Positions 19,701 through 29,706 of a stretch of 64,000 bases of DNA are shown here, piece after piece. The DNA lies in assembly GCA_963675755.2 (NCBI GenBank), contig CAXXMD010000002.1, forward strand, positions 416,001-480,000, given 5' to 3'. The first letter of the stretch is position 1; every line of letters begins with the position of its first letter. The position numbers and the translations under genes are program-made. The stretch is from a bacterium. Its GTDB lineage: Bacteria; Zhuqueibacterota; Zhuqueibacteria; Residuimicrobiales; Krinioviventaceae. Under the pieces are notes generated by a model that was given only the letters and a program-made list of their open reading frames with translations, searched no databases and had not been told where the DNA came from.

Positions 19701-19757
19701 CCGACCCATTATTCAGAGCCTCGTCGTATAGAGTTGGGTGTAACATATACATTTTGA
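16755..19757 (+). CDS. TonB-dependent outer-membrane receptor with N-terminal carboxypeptidase-regulatory-like domain
   Basis: GTTGKISG N-domain, plug RGGRSGE...GAFNAEYGQAMSG, SPRLGVSFP, C-terminal F. Confidence 0.9.
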   Translation: MKKLEILLVLILFALFSGLYAGTTGKISGVIVDANTGETLPGTNVIIDGSRMGAATDLQGHYSILNVPPGTYVLRASMIGYNETRVTNVVVSIDLTTEINFQLTETVLDAGETVTIVAERPQVVKDLTATTAIVGSEEMETLPVTEVSEAIELQAGLIRDAGGGLHARGGRSGEVSYWVDGIPVTDVYDGGTVVDINKNMVQELQVVTGAFNAEYGQAMSGIVNIATKDGDNDFGGSFSTYFGDYLSNHTEQFSNIDEINPAAIRNGEFSLHGAIIKDKLYYYVNGRAIHFDGWQAGQRRFTPQSVTGTLYLEEDYLRSNAPEYLEFAKKLDDNEYGIEYVVGSNASIDSMIMPYIYGMDIVSDPDSFAYYYNNMRSVHAGAKGDGEYVSMNWNEKLYGQVKLIYNLTPSFKIAYNAIYDDVDYQDYDQNYYLNPDGNLKRFRTGLTNILKVTHVLNQSTFYDLGFSQFNKEYKHYVYEDMYDSRYVHPDMGEQQPYSFKTAGNDLANYKRQTTTQLAKFDITSQVTSRQQLKAGVEYRQHKVFMQDISLRPVDEDFSIDVVTDGPYIRTRVTPVSDIYNSTYEHKPVEFSAYLQDKLEFKSMIVNVGVRMDYFDPDGIVLTDETDPTIYNPIRPENRYHDWGTDGIEGTYDADGSEGNGIQDEGEPDVSLEERQSYWYKDATTKMNVSPRLGVSFPVTERGVFHFSYGHFFQVPRFERLYQNPDFELEQGTGNIGVIGNSDLEPEQTVSGEVGLQQQITDDVTFEINAYFRDVRNLAGTRAEEIELYGGSSTYSKFVNSDFGLTKGLTLAVSKRFSGGLSASFDYTLQQAKGTSSDPEQARNAIDGGAQPEVQMTALDWDQFHTVNFSLNYRGSNWGGSAIGQWGSGLPYTPRSSVDISELLTNSQRKPSYSNFDVRGYYDFRFGTTTLTLFARVLNLFDTLNEVNVYDTTGRAGFTLDQRIAEATNPDEIINSLDQWYTNPTHYSEPRRIELGVTYTF

Positions 19758-19789
19758 TAGTTCTATAGCCTTGAATTCAGGAGCTTAAA

Positions 19790-22700
19790 ATGAAAAAACT
19801 AATTTACTATACTTTTATTCTAGTCTCAATTGTCCCTTTTTTGATTTATGCCCAAAGTGGACGAGAATACCGGCGTTCTTCCATTATGCGCGGTAACCTG
19901 GTGAAAACCGTTTTCGGTAACTGGGGCGTAATTGGGCAGCCTGCTCAAAAAGGTGCGCGTGGTGCATGGATTTATGAGAACAATGGTTACATTGGTGATG
20001 TAAGTTTGATGGTAGGTGCTGAAGTGAAATCGGATGATAAAACTTTTCATTCGGTTGTAATCAGTCCTGTTGACCGTCCTACAACCCGGCAGGAATTATC
20101 ACCAACAGGTAGTTGGTGGTCATGGGAACCCGTTGGTGGTTATTTTAATGAAAATCAGGAAGGTATTGCCTTGTACAGCGATCCTGATTCCTGGCCATCT
20201 CTCTGGCCAGACAAAATGTCTGATCTCAATGATCCGGGTTGGTCTGGTTCCTGGGATGGATTTTTTGGCAAGGAAACTACTGCATCAGAAGAATCTTTCT
20301 TTGTAATGGATGATAACAATGATGCCGAGTTTAATCAAGCTTCTAATAATATCTGGAATGTAGATTTTAAACCAGATTCCACAAATCCTTCCCGAAATGG
20401 ATTGGGCCTTGAGGTTAAGGTTCGTGGTATGCAATGGTCAGATTTTCTTGCCCAGGATTGTATCTTTTGGTTGTACGAGATTACCAACAACAGTACCACA
20501 GATTATGACAAAGTTGTATTCGGTATGCTTGTAGGAACTTATGTGGGTGTAACCTCTACAGAAGATTACAGTGAATATGATGATGACTATTCATTTTTTG
20601 ATGTTGAAAAAGATTTAACCTATACCGGTGATTTTGATGATAATGCCCGTCGTAATCCTCGCTGGACAGGCGATGTTGGTGCGGTAGGTTATGCGTTTCT
20701 GGAAAGCCCTGGTAATCCTTTTGATGGCATTGATAATGATGGTGATGCCCAGGAATACCCGGATGTCCCAACCTCAGCAGCACTTTTTACTCCTGAAGAT
20801 TTTCAGGAAAAAATTATCCGCGCGGGCGATGAAATTGTTTTAATTGATAATAATTATAACCGTACGGTTGTAACTGTTCCAGCTGAAGAAACGGTTTTTA
20901 AAACCCGTGGTGCGGAAATAACAATTACTCCCGGTATTACACGGCTTTCAGAAGGTAACCTGGTTCTCAAAGATGGCCGTACCGAAGTCAATACCAATGC
21001 TTATGATGGTATAGATAATGACCTTGATGGTTTGATCGATGAAAACTATTATCTGCATTATCGCCAGATTCGTAAAGACCAGAATGATAATATTATTTTT
21101 GATAAACTAAATCCAGTAGCTTATGTTAATTATTTCACTGGTGCAGGCATTGATGATGCTTTGATTGATGAACGTCGTGATGATGGAATTGACAATGACG
21201 GTGACTGGAACCCATTGTTCGATGATGTAGGTGCCGATGGTGTTACAGGTACCAATGATTATGGCGAAGGAGATGGCGTTCCCACTTCCGGTGAGCCAAA
21301 TTTTGATAAAACAGATGTTGATGAATCTGACCAAATTGGTTTGACAAGTTTTGAATACTTTACACCAGCTCGCGAATTTTCTATGGCAGATGATGAAGAT
21401 TTGTGGGACCGATTGTCACCCGGTTTTTTCAAAGTTCCCGAATCTATTGAAAACAACAAACCGGTTAATGGTGAAGATGGTGACTTTATTTACGGTTCCG
21501 GATATTTCCCGTTACCGGCTGGTGCAACCCGTCGTATTTCACTCGCTTTGGTTTATGGTGAAGGCGGTGGTCCTGATGTAGAAATTACCGATTTGTTGAA
21601 AAATCGTGAAACTGTGCAGGAAATTTATGATAATGATTATCGTTTTCCACCTGCACCCAATAAACCCAAGCTGACTGCAATCCCTGGTGATGGTAAAGTG
21701 ACTTTGCATTGGGACAGACTTGCAGAACAATCATTTGATCCTGTATTACAGACCTATGATTTTGAAGGTTATAAAATTTATCGTGCAACCGATTACGAGT
21801 TTAATGAAGTGTTTAGTATTACCGATGCTGACGGAACTCCAATCGCTTATGAACCCATTGCACAGTTTGATCTGGATAATGAATACGAAGGTTATTTTAG
21901 AGCGGGTCCGGATCTGTTTCAACAGGGTAGAGGTGCTTCATTTTTCCTAGGTGACAACACAGGATTACAACATACCTTTGTTGATTCTAGTGTTGAAAAT
22001 GGTCGCCGTTATTTTTACGCTTTGGTTGCCTATGACCGTGGAGATGAAGATGTTGATATCTATCCCAAAGAAAATGATAAACGTATTGATATTTTACCCA
22101 ATGGAGAGATTCGTACATTTCAAAATACTGCCGTTGTAACACCGAACGCTGCAGTTTCCGGATACGTTCCTCCCGAAAATAGTGTACAATTGCAGGCAAC
22201 ACAATCTCCGGTTGGATCAGGACAAATTTATTACAAGGTTATAGATGAACAAAAAGTAACCGGGCATGAATACAAATTGGAATTTCTCGATTATTCCAAT
22301 GATGGTATAGATAATAATGATAACTGGACTTCTCCCCAGGATGATGTAGGTACTGACGGTATTGCTGAGACCAATGACGCTGATGGTACTGAATTGAATG
22401 GAATTCCAGATCCGGGTGAACCCAATATTGATGAAAATGATGTTGAAGAATTTATCCGTCCTATAACAACCAGTTATTCGGTACGTGATTTAACAGGTAT
22501 TACTGAAACATTTTTCTCCAAAGATACTCTGTATGTTTCATTATCAAAAACACACCAGATACCTGAAACCATCACAGTCACAGATGAAAATGGTAATGTT
22601 ATACCTTCTGATAAGTATATTATGAATACCGAGTTTGGTAAAATCAGAGGTGCTAATTCCGGTGATTTGGCTTATGGCACTGGTTACAATATCAGTTACG

Positions 22701-23629
22701 AGTATTATCCTGTATATAACAGTCCATATATTCAGGGCAACCCAGTTGAAGATGAAACCAAAGATACCGATAACTTTGACGGTATTCAAATTTATTTCAA
22801 TAATAAATGGAGTATAACTCTGGATTCAACGTTGTCTGGTTGGAGCAACCCTGCAAAAGCACAGAGTTTTTCAATTTCTCCATTTACCACTCAAATTAGT
22901 CCTACTGAAACAATCACAGGCTTAAGAAGCCCCAATGATTATAGAATTGAATTTGGTGATGGTGTTTTAGATAGCACAATCAAATGGGAAGAATACTTTT
23001 TGTCACCTTCGCCTGTTAATTTTAAAGTTAAAAATGTGACAAAGAATAAATATCTCGATTTTGTTTTTATTGATACCGATCGAAGCAAAACTATAACTCC
23101 TCTTGATGAAGTTATTTTTGTAGAAACAGATAATGACGGTGAATATGTTTTTACCTGGGATGTGACATTTAATTCTGATGCAGATACACTTTATGAATAT
23201 GGTGATGGTGATGTACTCGATATCATTCTCAAGAAACCATTTCGAAAAGGAGATACATTCGAATTTTCTACAGATAAACCGGATATAAGCACCAGTGCCG
23301 GTGAAGATCTGCTCAAGGATATCAAGGTATATCCAAATCCCTATGTTGCAGCATCAACACATGAACGTCCATTACCGCCCGCAATAACAACTGGTCGTGG
23401 TGTGCGGGAAGTAACGTTTACCCATTTACCACTTGATGCCAAGATCCACATATTTACTTCGCGTGGTGAGCACGTAATAACAAAAGAACATGAAGGTTCA
23501 ATGTTCGATGGTACCATAAACTGGGACCTGAAAACTAAAGAGAATCTGGATGTTGCTGCAGGTGTATATTTTTACATTGTTGAATCATCTGTAGGTAAAA
23601 AAGAAGGTAAACTGGCTATTATCAAATAA
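19790..23629 (+). CDS. Giant secreted acidic protein with Fn3-like region, DGIDND repeats and T9SS-like C-terminal domain
   Basis: Signal peptide; PGDGKVTLHWD...FEGYKIYR; several DGIDND motifs; C-terminal VYPNPY...WDLKTKENLDVAAGVYFY...KLAIIK. Confidence 0.78.
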   Translation: MKKLIYYTFILVSIVPFLIYAQSGREYRRSSIMRGNLVKTVFGNWGVIGQPAQKGARGAWIYENNGYIGDVSLMVGAEVKSDDKTFHSVVISPVDRPTTRQELSPTGSWWSWEPVGGYFNENQEGIALYSDPDSWPSLWPDKMSDLNDPGWSGSWDGFFGKETTASEESFFVMDDNNDAEFNQASNNIWNVDFKPDSTNPSRNGLGLEVKVRGMQWSDFLAQDCIFWLYEITNNSTTDYDKVVFGMLVGTYVGVTSTEDYSEYDDDYSFFDVEKDLTYTGDFDDNARRNPRWTGDVGAVGYAFLESPGNPFDGIDNDGDAQEYPDVPTSAALFTPEDFQEKIIRAGDEIVLIDNNYNRTVVTVPAEETVFKTRGAEITITPGITRLSEGNLVLKDGRTEVNTNAYDGIDNDLDGLIDENYYLHYRQIRKDQNDNIIFDKLNPVAYVNYFTGAGIDDALIDERRDDGIDNDGDWNPLFDDVGADGVTGTNDYGEGDGVPTSGEPNFDKTDVDESDQIGLTSFEYFTPAREFSMADDEDLWDRLSPGFFKVPESIENNKPVNGEDGDFIYGSGYFPLPAGATRRISLALVYGEGGGPDVEITDLLKNRETVQEIYDNDYRFPPAPNKPKLTAIPGDGKVTLHWDRLAEQSFDPVLQTYDFEGYKIYRATDYEFNEVFSITDADGTPIAYEPIAQFDLDNEYEGYFRAGPDLFQQGRGASFFLGDNTGLQHTFVDSSVENGRRYFYALVAYDRGDEDVDIYPKENDKRIDILPNGEIRTFQNTAVVTPNAAVSGYVPPENSVQLQATQSPVGSGQIYYKVIDEQKVTGHEYKLEFLDYSNDGIDNNDNWTSPQDDVGTDGIAETNDADGTELNGIPDPGEPNIDENDVEEFIRPITTSYSVRDLTGITETFFSKDTLYVSLSKTHQIPETITVTDENGNVIPSDKYIMNTEFGKIRGANSGDLAYGTGYNISYEYYPVYNSPYIQGNPVEDETKDTDNFDGIQIYFNNKWSITLDSTLSGWSNPAKAQSFSISPFTTQISPTETITGLRSPNDYRIEFGDGVLDSTIKWEEYFLSPSPVNFKVKNVTKNKYLDFVFIDTDRSKTITPLDEVIFVETDNDGEYVFTWDVTFNSDADTLYEYGDGDVLDIILKKPFRKGDTFEFSTDKPDISTSAGEDLLKDIKVYPNPYVAASTHERPLPPAITTGRGVREVTFTHLPLDAKIHIFTSRGEHVITKEHEGSMFDGTINWDLKTKENLDVAAGVYFYIVESSVGKKEGKLAIIK

Positions 23630-23655
23630 TTTGATTATAACTATCGGAGTCATCG

Positions 23656-24681
23656 ATGCTTAATAAAGAGTATTTTAAAATAATATGGGTTGCGATTTTA
23701 TTACTTACTTTGGCAGGTGCCAGCAGCGCACAAGACAAAGTAGGTACAACCTCGGCACCGTTTTTAGGTATCAGTATTGCTCCCCGGGCAACAGCTATGG
23801 GAGGAGCGTTTACAGCAGTTGCAGATGACGCAACAGCACTTTATTATAATCCTGGTGCAATTTCTCAAATGTCTTCATCACAGGCACTTGTTTCTCACAC
23901 GGAATGGTTGGTAGGATCAAGTTTGAACTGGGTTGGTGTTGTATTAAATCTTGATGGAGCAAATGCAATTGGTGTGAGTTTTACAAACCTTGATTATGGT
24001 GAAGAAGAAGTGACAACAGAATCACAACAGGAAGGTACCGGTGAAATGTGGTCAGCTTCCGATATCTCAATAGGTTTATCATATTCGCGAAGCTTTACTG
24101 ATCGTTTTTCTATTGGTGGTAGTGTCAAATATATTGAACAAAAAATTTGGCATGAAAAATCAACTGCTTTTGCTGCTGATGTGGGCTTGATTTTCATTAC
24201 TGCTTTTAATGACATGAAGCTTGGAATGAGTATTTCCAATTTTGGTAATGAAATGCGAATGGAAGGTGAAGACCTGTTACGCAAGATTGATATTGATGAT
24301 GAAATAATCGGAAACAATGAAACTATTGTAGGAAATCTCAAAACAGATAAATGGCCACTTCCATTATTCTTTCGTGTTGGATTATCAATGTATGTTTTAG
24401 AAACAACATTTTCGAAAATGCTGGTTGCAATTGATGCCGTTCGCCCCACAGATAATAGCGAAATTATTAATGTTGGTGGTGAATTTTCAGTATATGATAT
24501 CTTGTTTTTACGTGCAGGTTACAAATCTTTATTCAGAGATGAAAGTGAAGAAGGCCTTACATTTGGAATGGGTTTAAATATAACCCAGGTTGGAGGGATA
24601 GCCTGGAAATTTGATTATACTTATGCTGATTTTGGAATTTTAGACTATATCCAAATGTATTCGCTGAGTGTCAGCTTTTAG
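23656..24681 (+). CDS. PorV/PorQ-family outer-membrane beta-barrel
   Basis: PFLGISIAPRATAMGGA, YYNPG, LPLFFRVG, LRAGY, DYTY, terminal F. Confidence 0.85.
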   Translation: MLNKEYFKIIWVAILLLTLAGASSAQDKVGTTSAPFLGISIAPRATAMGGAFTAVADDATALYYNPGAISQMSSSQALVSHTEWLVGSSLNWVGVVLNLDGANAIGVSFTNLDYGEEEVTTESQQEGTGEMWSASDISIGLSYSRSFTDRFSIGGSVKYIEQKIWHEKSTAFAADVGLIFITAFNDMKLGMSISNFGNEMRMEGEDLLRKIDIDDEIIGNNETIVGNLKTDKWPLPLFFRVGLSMYVLETTFSKMLVAIDAVRPTDNSEIINVGGEFSVYDILFLRAGYKSLFRDESEEGLTFGMGLNITQVGGIAWKFDYTYADFGILDYIQMYSLSVSF

Positions 24682-24790
24682 GAAGGTATTTATAATTTCA
24701 AATAATTTAAATTTAATTAAAAAAAGGAGGTGGTTTAAAAATAATTTGTTTATTAAGGGTAAAATAAAAATAATTTAACGGAGGAATGAA

Positions 24791-26848
24791 ATGAAATTAA
24801 AGTCATTATTAGTATTTGTACTAGCTTTTATGCTTTTTACCAGTGCAGCTCAGGCTGTTCAGGTAACTTTTCTTGCCAATACCGCTGCAGTTCCAGATAC
24901 AATGCAGGAAACATCAACAGTTCAAATGCGTGGTGATACAGCACCTTTGACCTGGGATGGTGCATCCGATGCAATTTTTGAAAACATTGGTGGTGATTAC
25001 TGGCAAGTTACTCTCGATTTTGTAGCGGGAGACACAGTAAATTATAAATTCTACACCCATGCAAATGATACCGTTTATGCTGGTGTTGAATGGGAACATG
25101 CTGGTTGGGAAGCTGATGTTGCAACCGGTAACCGTCAATTGATTGTTGGAGATGCTGATACTACATTACCTCTTCAATTCGTAAATGGATGGCAAGGTGG
25201 CGTTGGTCAATATGAAGCTCCTTATACAACCAACGATTCTTCTTTTGTATTTTATGTACGCGTAAACATGCAGGGATGGGATGATTTTAATCCTGCTACT
25301 CATGTTGTTGGTCTTCGTGGTTCTAATACCGATGACTGGGGACAAACCGGTGAATTGTCCTGGGGACCCACTTATCCGTTGACTCAAGAAGGCAATCATC
25401 CTAATGGTGGCAGCCAACAGTATAATGGTACCAATTTTTACAGTGGTGCAGTTCATGTACCTAACAAATATGCCGGCAAAGGTGTACAGTTCAAAGTTGT
25501 AGTTCATAATGCAGGCGCTGACCTTGGTGAAGACTGGGGTAACATGGTTTACAATCCTGGCCTCGAAATGAACATTCCTGTTACAGGTGCAGATACCACC
25601 ATTCATTGGTTCTGGTATGACAATTTACGTCCGGTTGCTGTAGATCATCAGGATACTGTAATTGTGACTTTTAACGCTGATATGTCAGATGCTATCCTGA
25701 ACAAAGGTTTTTCACATGGTGATACCGTTCAGGTTCGTTCCGGTTATTATGGTACATCTGCTGAAACCCGTACAAAACAAATGTTCCGTCAGGGCTTTAG
25801 CAATGTTTACAGTGCCACAGATACAATTGTTACCACACTGGGTGAACGCTTGACATATCAATACTATACAATTATTGATGGTGTTGAATATCGTGAAGTT
25901 TATTACAATTTCTATTACGATGGTGACAATTTAGGTGAAGCTGAACGACGTGTTTATGAAGCTCTTGAAGCTAATGAAGTAACTATTACCGATGATCTTG
26001 CAAGTGCGAGTGAAGTACATCGTATGCCATTGTTCCGTAATGTTAGCGTTGTTCAACAAGAAGTTTTGTTGACACTGACTTGTGATATTCGTCCGGCTAT
26101 TTACCAGGTTCTGGCAGGCGATACACTTTTTGATATCCAGTCTACCCGCGAAGTATCTGTAGCAGACAGCATTCTTGCCTGGGGTGTTGCTGTTAACGGT
26201 CCATTAAGTGGTGGCTGGGGTACCTGGGGAATTAACCTCCAGGAAGAAGAAGGTAGAAATGAAGCTGTAAGAAGAATGTTTGATGATGGTACCAATGGTG
26301 ATGCCGTTGCCGGCGACAGTATTTTTACCATTCAATACACATTCTATCCTGACAGTGGTGATGTTGTTGGTCAGGAATTCAAATTCGGTATTGGCGGTGG
26401 AGACAATGAAGGTGGCTTTGGTAACAACCACATTGAAAACATTGATGATACTAATCCTGCTGCTACAATCAATGCTCAATTTGGTAGCATTGACCCCTTG
26501 TTCTACTCTGCATGGGATTTTGATAATCAAGGTCCGGCAACCGCAATTGAAGATTTGAATGTAACTCCATTAACTTTTGAATTGGCTCAAAACTATCCGA
26601 ACCCATTCAATCCCACTACTCATATTCAGTATCAATTGCCAAAAGCAAGTGATGTAAAACTGACTGTATTTAACGTTTTGGGTAAAGAGATTGTTACACT
26701 TGTTAACCAAAAACAAAATGCAGGTACCTATCAGTTGACATGGGATGGAACAAACAATGCCGGTTTGCAAGTAAGTACTGGTGTTTATTTCTACAAAATT
26801 GAAGCTGGTGATTTTACAAAAATTAACAAAATGATGTTTATCAAATAA
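24791..26848 (+). CDS. Secreted multi-domain putative carbohydrate-binding protein with T9SS/FlgD-like C-terminal domain
   Basis: CBM20/48-like N-terminus (VQMRGD..PLTWD...YKF), repeated beta modules, MFDDGTNGDAVAGD motif, NYPNPFNP...GVYFY tail. No catalytic motif recognised. Confidence 0.7.
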   Translation: MKLKSLLVFVLAFMLFTSAAQAVQVTFLANTAAVPDTMQETSTVQMRGDTAPLTWDGASDAIFENIGGDYWQVTLDFVAGDTVNYKFYTHANDTVYAGVEWEHAGWEADVATGNRQLIVGDADTTLPLQFVNGWQGGVGQYEAPYTTNDSSFVFYVRVNMQGWDDFNPATHVVGLRGSNTDDWGQTGELSWGPTYPLTQEGNHPNGGSQQYNGTNFYSGAVHVPNKYAGKGVQFKVVVHNAGADLGEDWGNMVYNPGLEMNIPVTGADTTIHWFWYDNLRPVAVDHQDTVIVTFNADMSDAILNKGFSHGDTVQVRSGYYGTSAETRTKQMFRQGFSNVYSATDTIVTTLGERLTYQYYTIIDGVEYREVYYNFYYDGDNLGEAERRVYEALEANEVTITDDLASASEVHRMPLFRNVSVVQQEVLLTLTCDIRPAIYQVLAGDTLFDIQSTREVSVADSILAWGVAVNGPLSGGWGTWGINLQEEEGRNEAVRRMFDDGTNGDAVAGDSIFTIQYTFYPDSGDVVGQEFKFGIGGGDNEGGFGNNHIENIDDTNPAATINAQFGSIDPLFYSAWDFDNQGPATAIEDLNVTPLTFELAQNYPNPFNPTTHIQYQLPKASDVKLTVFNVLGKEIVTLVNQKQNAGTYQLTWDGTNNAGLQVSTGVYFYKIEAGDFTKINKMMFIK

Positions 26849-26855
26849 TTATTTT

Positions 26856-26887
26856 AGGGACCGGTGTAATAACCGGTCCCTTTTTTT
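26856..26887 (+). terminator. Intrinsic terminator
   Basis: AGGGACCGGT/ACCGGTCCCT stem followed by a T-run. Confidence 0.8.
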
Positions 26888-26892
26888 ATATA

Positions 26893-29676
26893 ATGGATTT
26901 ATTTAATATGCGAACACTATTTCTAATTTTAATATCCTTTAGTATTTCATTTGGTCAGGCCCTTACATGGGATCCTTTATTTCCAACCGATAATGATACC
27001 ATAACAATTACATATAATGCCAAAGAAGGTAACAAAGCCCTTGAAGGTGTTTCACCGATTTGGGCCCATACCGGGGTTATAACTGATAAAAGCCCGAATC
27101 CCAATTATTGGCTTTATACAATTGCCGAGTGGGAAACCAATCTGCCAAAAGCCCAAATGACCAATATTGGTACAGACTCTTGGCAAATTCGTTTTCATGT
27201 ACGTTCATTTTATGGTGTACCTGCAGGTGAAACAATACAAAATTTGGCTCTGGTTTTTCGTAATGCCAGTGGCACCAAAGTCGGAAAAACAGCAGATAAC
27301 CAGGACTTTTTCATCCCCATATATCAACAAGGTGTAAACATATCGCTTGTAAGCCCAACAACGAATACGTTTATTGCTAAAATAGGAGATGAAATACCCA
27401 TCATCACAAAAACTACATCTGCAGTTAAACAGGAATTGTTTTTAAATAATCAGTTATTAACCGAAACTACTGATGACAGTCTTTACTATCTTTTTACTCC
27501 TCAGGATTATGGATTTTATCAATTCACTGCAATAGCAACAGATGCCCAAAATAATACCAAGCAAACCGAATTTACAATTGTTGTAAATACCCCGGTAAAT
27601 ATTGTGGAATTGCCAAGTGGAGTCAGGGATGGTATTAATCATAACGGAATTAATTCTGTTACACTGGTTTTGACAGCTCCCTTTAAAGAATTTGTTTATG
27701 TGATTGGTTCATTTAATAACTGGGAAATGGATCAGGATTATTACATGAACAAAACTCCGGATGGTACACGTTACTGGCTGGAGATAGACGGCCTTGATTC
27801 GGATACAGAGTACACCTTTCAATACCTGGTTGATGGCAGTATCCGAATTGCAGATCCGTATTCAGGAAAAATATTGGATCCAACTCATGATAAATATATC
27901 ACTGATGAAACTTATCCGGACCTTGAGCCTTATCCATTAGGTGAGACCACTGAAGCAATCACAGCTTTTAAAATCAATCAGGATGAATTTACTTTTACTG
28001 CGTCTGATTATGAAAAACCAAAGATGAATAATCTTGTTATATATGAATTATTAATCAGAGATTTTATTGAAGAACATGATTATAAAACCCTTACTGATTC
28101 ATTAGCTTATTTCAAACGATTAGGTATTAATGCAATCGAGTTGATGCCTATTAATGAATTTGAAGGAAATGAGAGCTGGGGATATAATCCTTCTTTTTAT
28201 TTTGCTCCGGACAAGTATTATGGTCCTGCAAATGACCTTAAAACGTTCATTGATGAAGCGCATAAACTTGGAATTGCAATAATTCAGGATATCGTATTAA
28301 ATCATGCATATGGTCAGTGCCCATGGGTAAGGCTTTATGCTGATCAGATGGATAATAATCCATGGTTTAATGAAAAATCGCCCAATACATCTTATGCATG
28401 GGGATATGATTTTAACCATGAAAGTGAATACACAAAAGCGTTTGTTGATAGTGTTTTGACCTACTGGTTGACAGAGTTTAAAGTTGATGGGTTTCGCTTT
28501 GATTTTACCAAAGGTCTTACAAATACCCCGGGAGACGGATGGGAATATGATCCCGCACGTATAACCATTTTAAAACGTATTGCTGATCATGCATGGTCTG
28601 TGGATTCTACAGCGTATATAATACTTGAACACTTTGCAGCGAATAGTGAAGAAAAAGAATTGTCTGCCTATGGAATGATGTTGTGGGGAAATATGAATAC
28701 TCCATATACCCAATCCGCAATGGGGTATACTAACGATTCAAATATCTCCGGAATTTCTGCATCATACAGGGGATGGTCTGATAATCATTTGGTCGGATAT
28801 ATGGAAAGTCATGATGAAGAACGAATGATGTACAAGAATCTGCAATGGGGAAATTCTGCAGGTACCTATCACATATATGATCTTCAGACTGCACTTGAAC
28901 GTGTTCAATTATCCGCTGCTTTCTTTCTAACTGTTCCGGGTCCCAAAATGATTTGGCAGTTTGGCGAATTGGGTTATGATTATTCTATTGATTATAATGA
29001 TCGTGTAGGTAACAAGCCCATTCGATGGGATTACTATCAGGATCCTGATAGACGTCAACTCTATGATGTTTTTGCTGCACTGGCACATTTTAGAAAATTA
29101 AAGGCATTTCAGGAAGGTTCTTTTAACTTAAATCTGGGTACTTTTTTAAGAACTGTCCGCATATCTCATGATAGTATGAATACAGTCATTGTTGGTAATT
29201 TTAATGTTACTGATAGTTATATTATTCCCAATTTTCAACATACTGGTATGTGGTATGATTACCTTGATGGTAATCAATTAGATGTTAGCCAGACACAACA
29301 GGCAATTTTGCTTCAACCTAGTGAGTTTCATATATTTACCGATGTACAATTGGAAAAACCTTTTATTACCAATATAAATGAAAATGAACTTGCACCAATT
29401 TCATTTATATTATACGACAATCATCCTAATCCCTTTAACGCATCAACACGAATTGATTTTGAATTGGCTAAATCTGATCATGTCAGCCTTGATGTGTTCA
29501 ATATTACAGGTCAACATATTATAACCCTTGTTAACAGCCAACTTGAACAGGGAAGACATTCTTATGTTTGGAATGGTAAAGACGCACAAAATCATACAAT
29601 GAGTACAGGTATATATTTTTATGTAATTACTTCAAGTACCACTCAACACAGTAAAAAGATGCTGTTGTTAAAGTAA
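26893..29676 (+). CDS. Secreted GH13 alpha-amylase-family protein with CBM48-like module and T9SS C-terminal domain
   Basis: IYELLIRDF, WGYNP, DIVLNH, DGFRFDF, SHDEER, NHPNPFN tail. Start may be 26908. Confidence 0.9.
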   Translation: MDLFNMRTLFLILISFSISFGQALTWDPLFPTDNDTITITYNAKEGNKALEGVSPIWAHTGVITDKSPNPNYWLYTIAEWETNLPKAQMTNIGTDSWQIRFHVRSFYGVPAGETIQNLALVFRNASGTKVGKTADNQDFFIPIYQQGVNISLVSPTTNTFIAKIGDEIPIITKTTSAVKQELFLNNQLLTETTDDSLYYLFTPQDYGFYQFTAIATDAQNNTKQTEFTIVVNTPVNIVELPSGVRDGINHNGINSVTLVLTAPFKEFVYVIGSFNNWEMDQDYYMNKTPDGTRYWLEIDGLDSDTEYTFQYLVDGSIRIADPYSGKILDPTHDKYITDETYPDLEPYPLGETTEAITAFKINQDEFTFTASDYEKPKMNNLVIYELLIRDFIEEHDYKTLTDSLAYFKRLGINAIELMPINEFEGNESWGYNPSFYFAPDKYYGPANDLKTFIDEAHKLGIAIIQDIVLNHAYGQCPWVRLYADQMDNNPWFNEKSPNTSYAWGYDFNHESEYTKAFVDSVLTYWLTEFKVDGFRFDFTKGLTNTPGDGWEYDPARITILKRIADHAWSVDSTAYIILEHFAANSEEKELSAYGMMLWGNMNTPYTQSAMGYTNDSNISGISASYRGWSDNHLVGYMESHDEERMMYKNLQWGNSAGTYHIYDLQTALERVQLSAAFFLTVPGPKMIWQFGELGYDYSIDYNDRVGNKPIRWDYYQDPDRRQLYDVFAALAHFRKLKAFQEGSFNLNLGTFLRTVRISHDSMNTVIVGNFNVTDSYIIPNFQHTGMWYDYLDGNQLDVSQTQQAILLQPSEFHIFTDVQLEKPFITNINENELAPISFILYDNHPNPFNASTRIDFELAKSDHVSLDVFNITGQHIITLVNSQLEQGRHSYVWNGKDAQNHTMSTGIYFYVITSSTTQHSKKMLLLK

Positions 29677-29706
29677 AGTATAACTTAAAAAAAACAGGAG
29701 ATAAAC

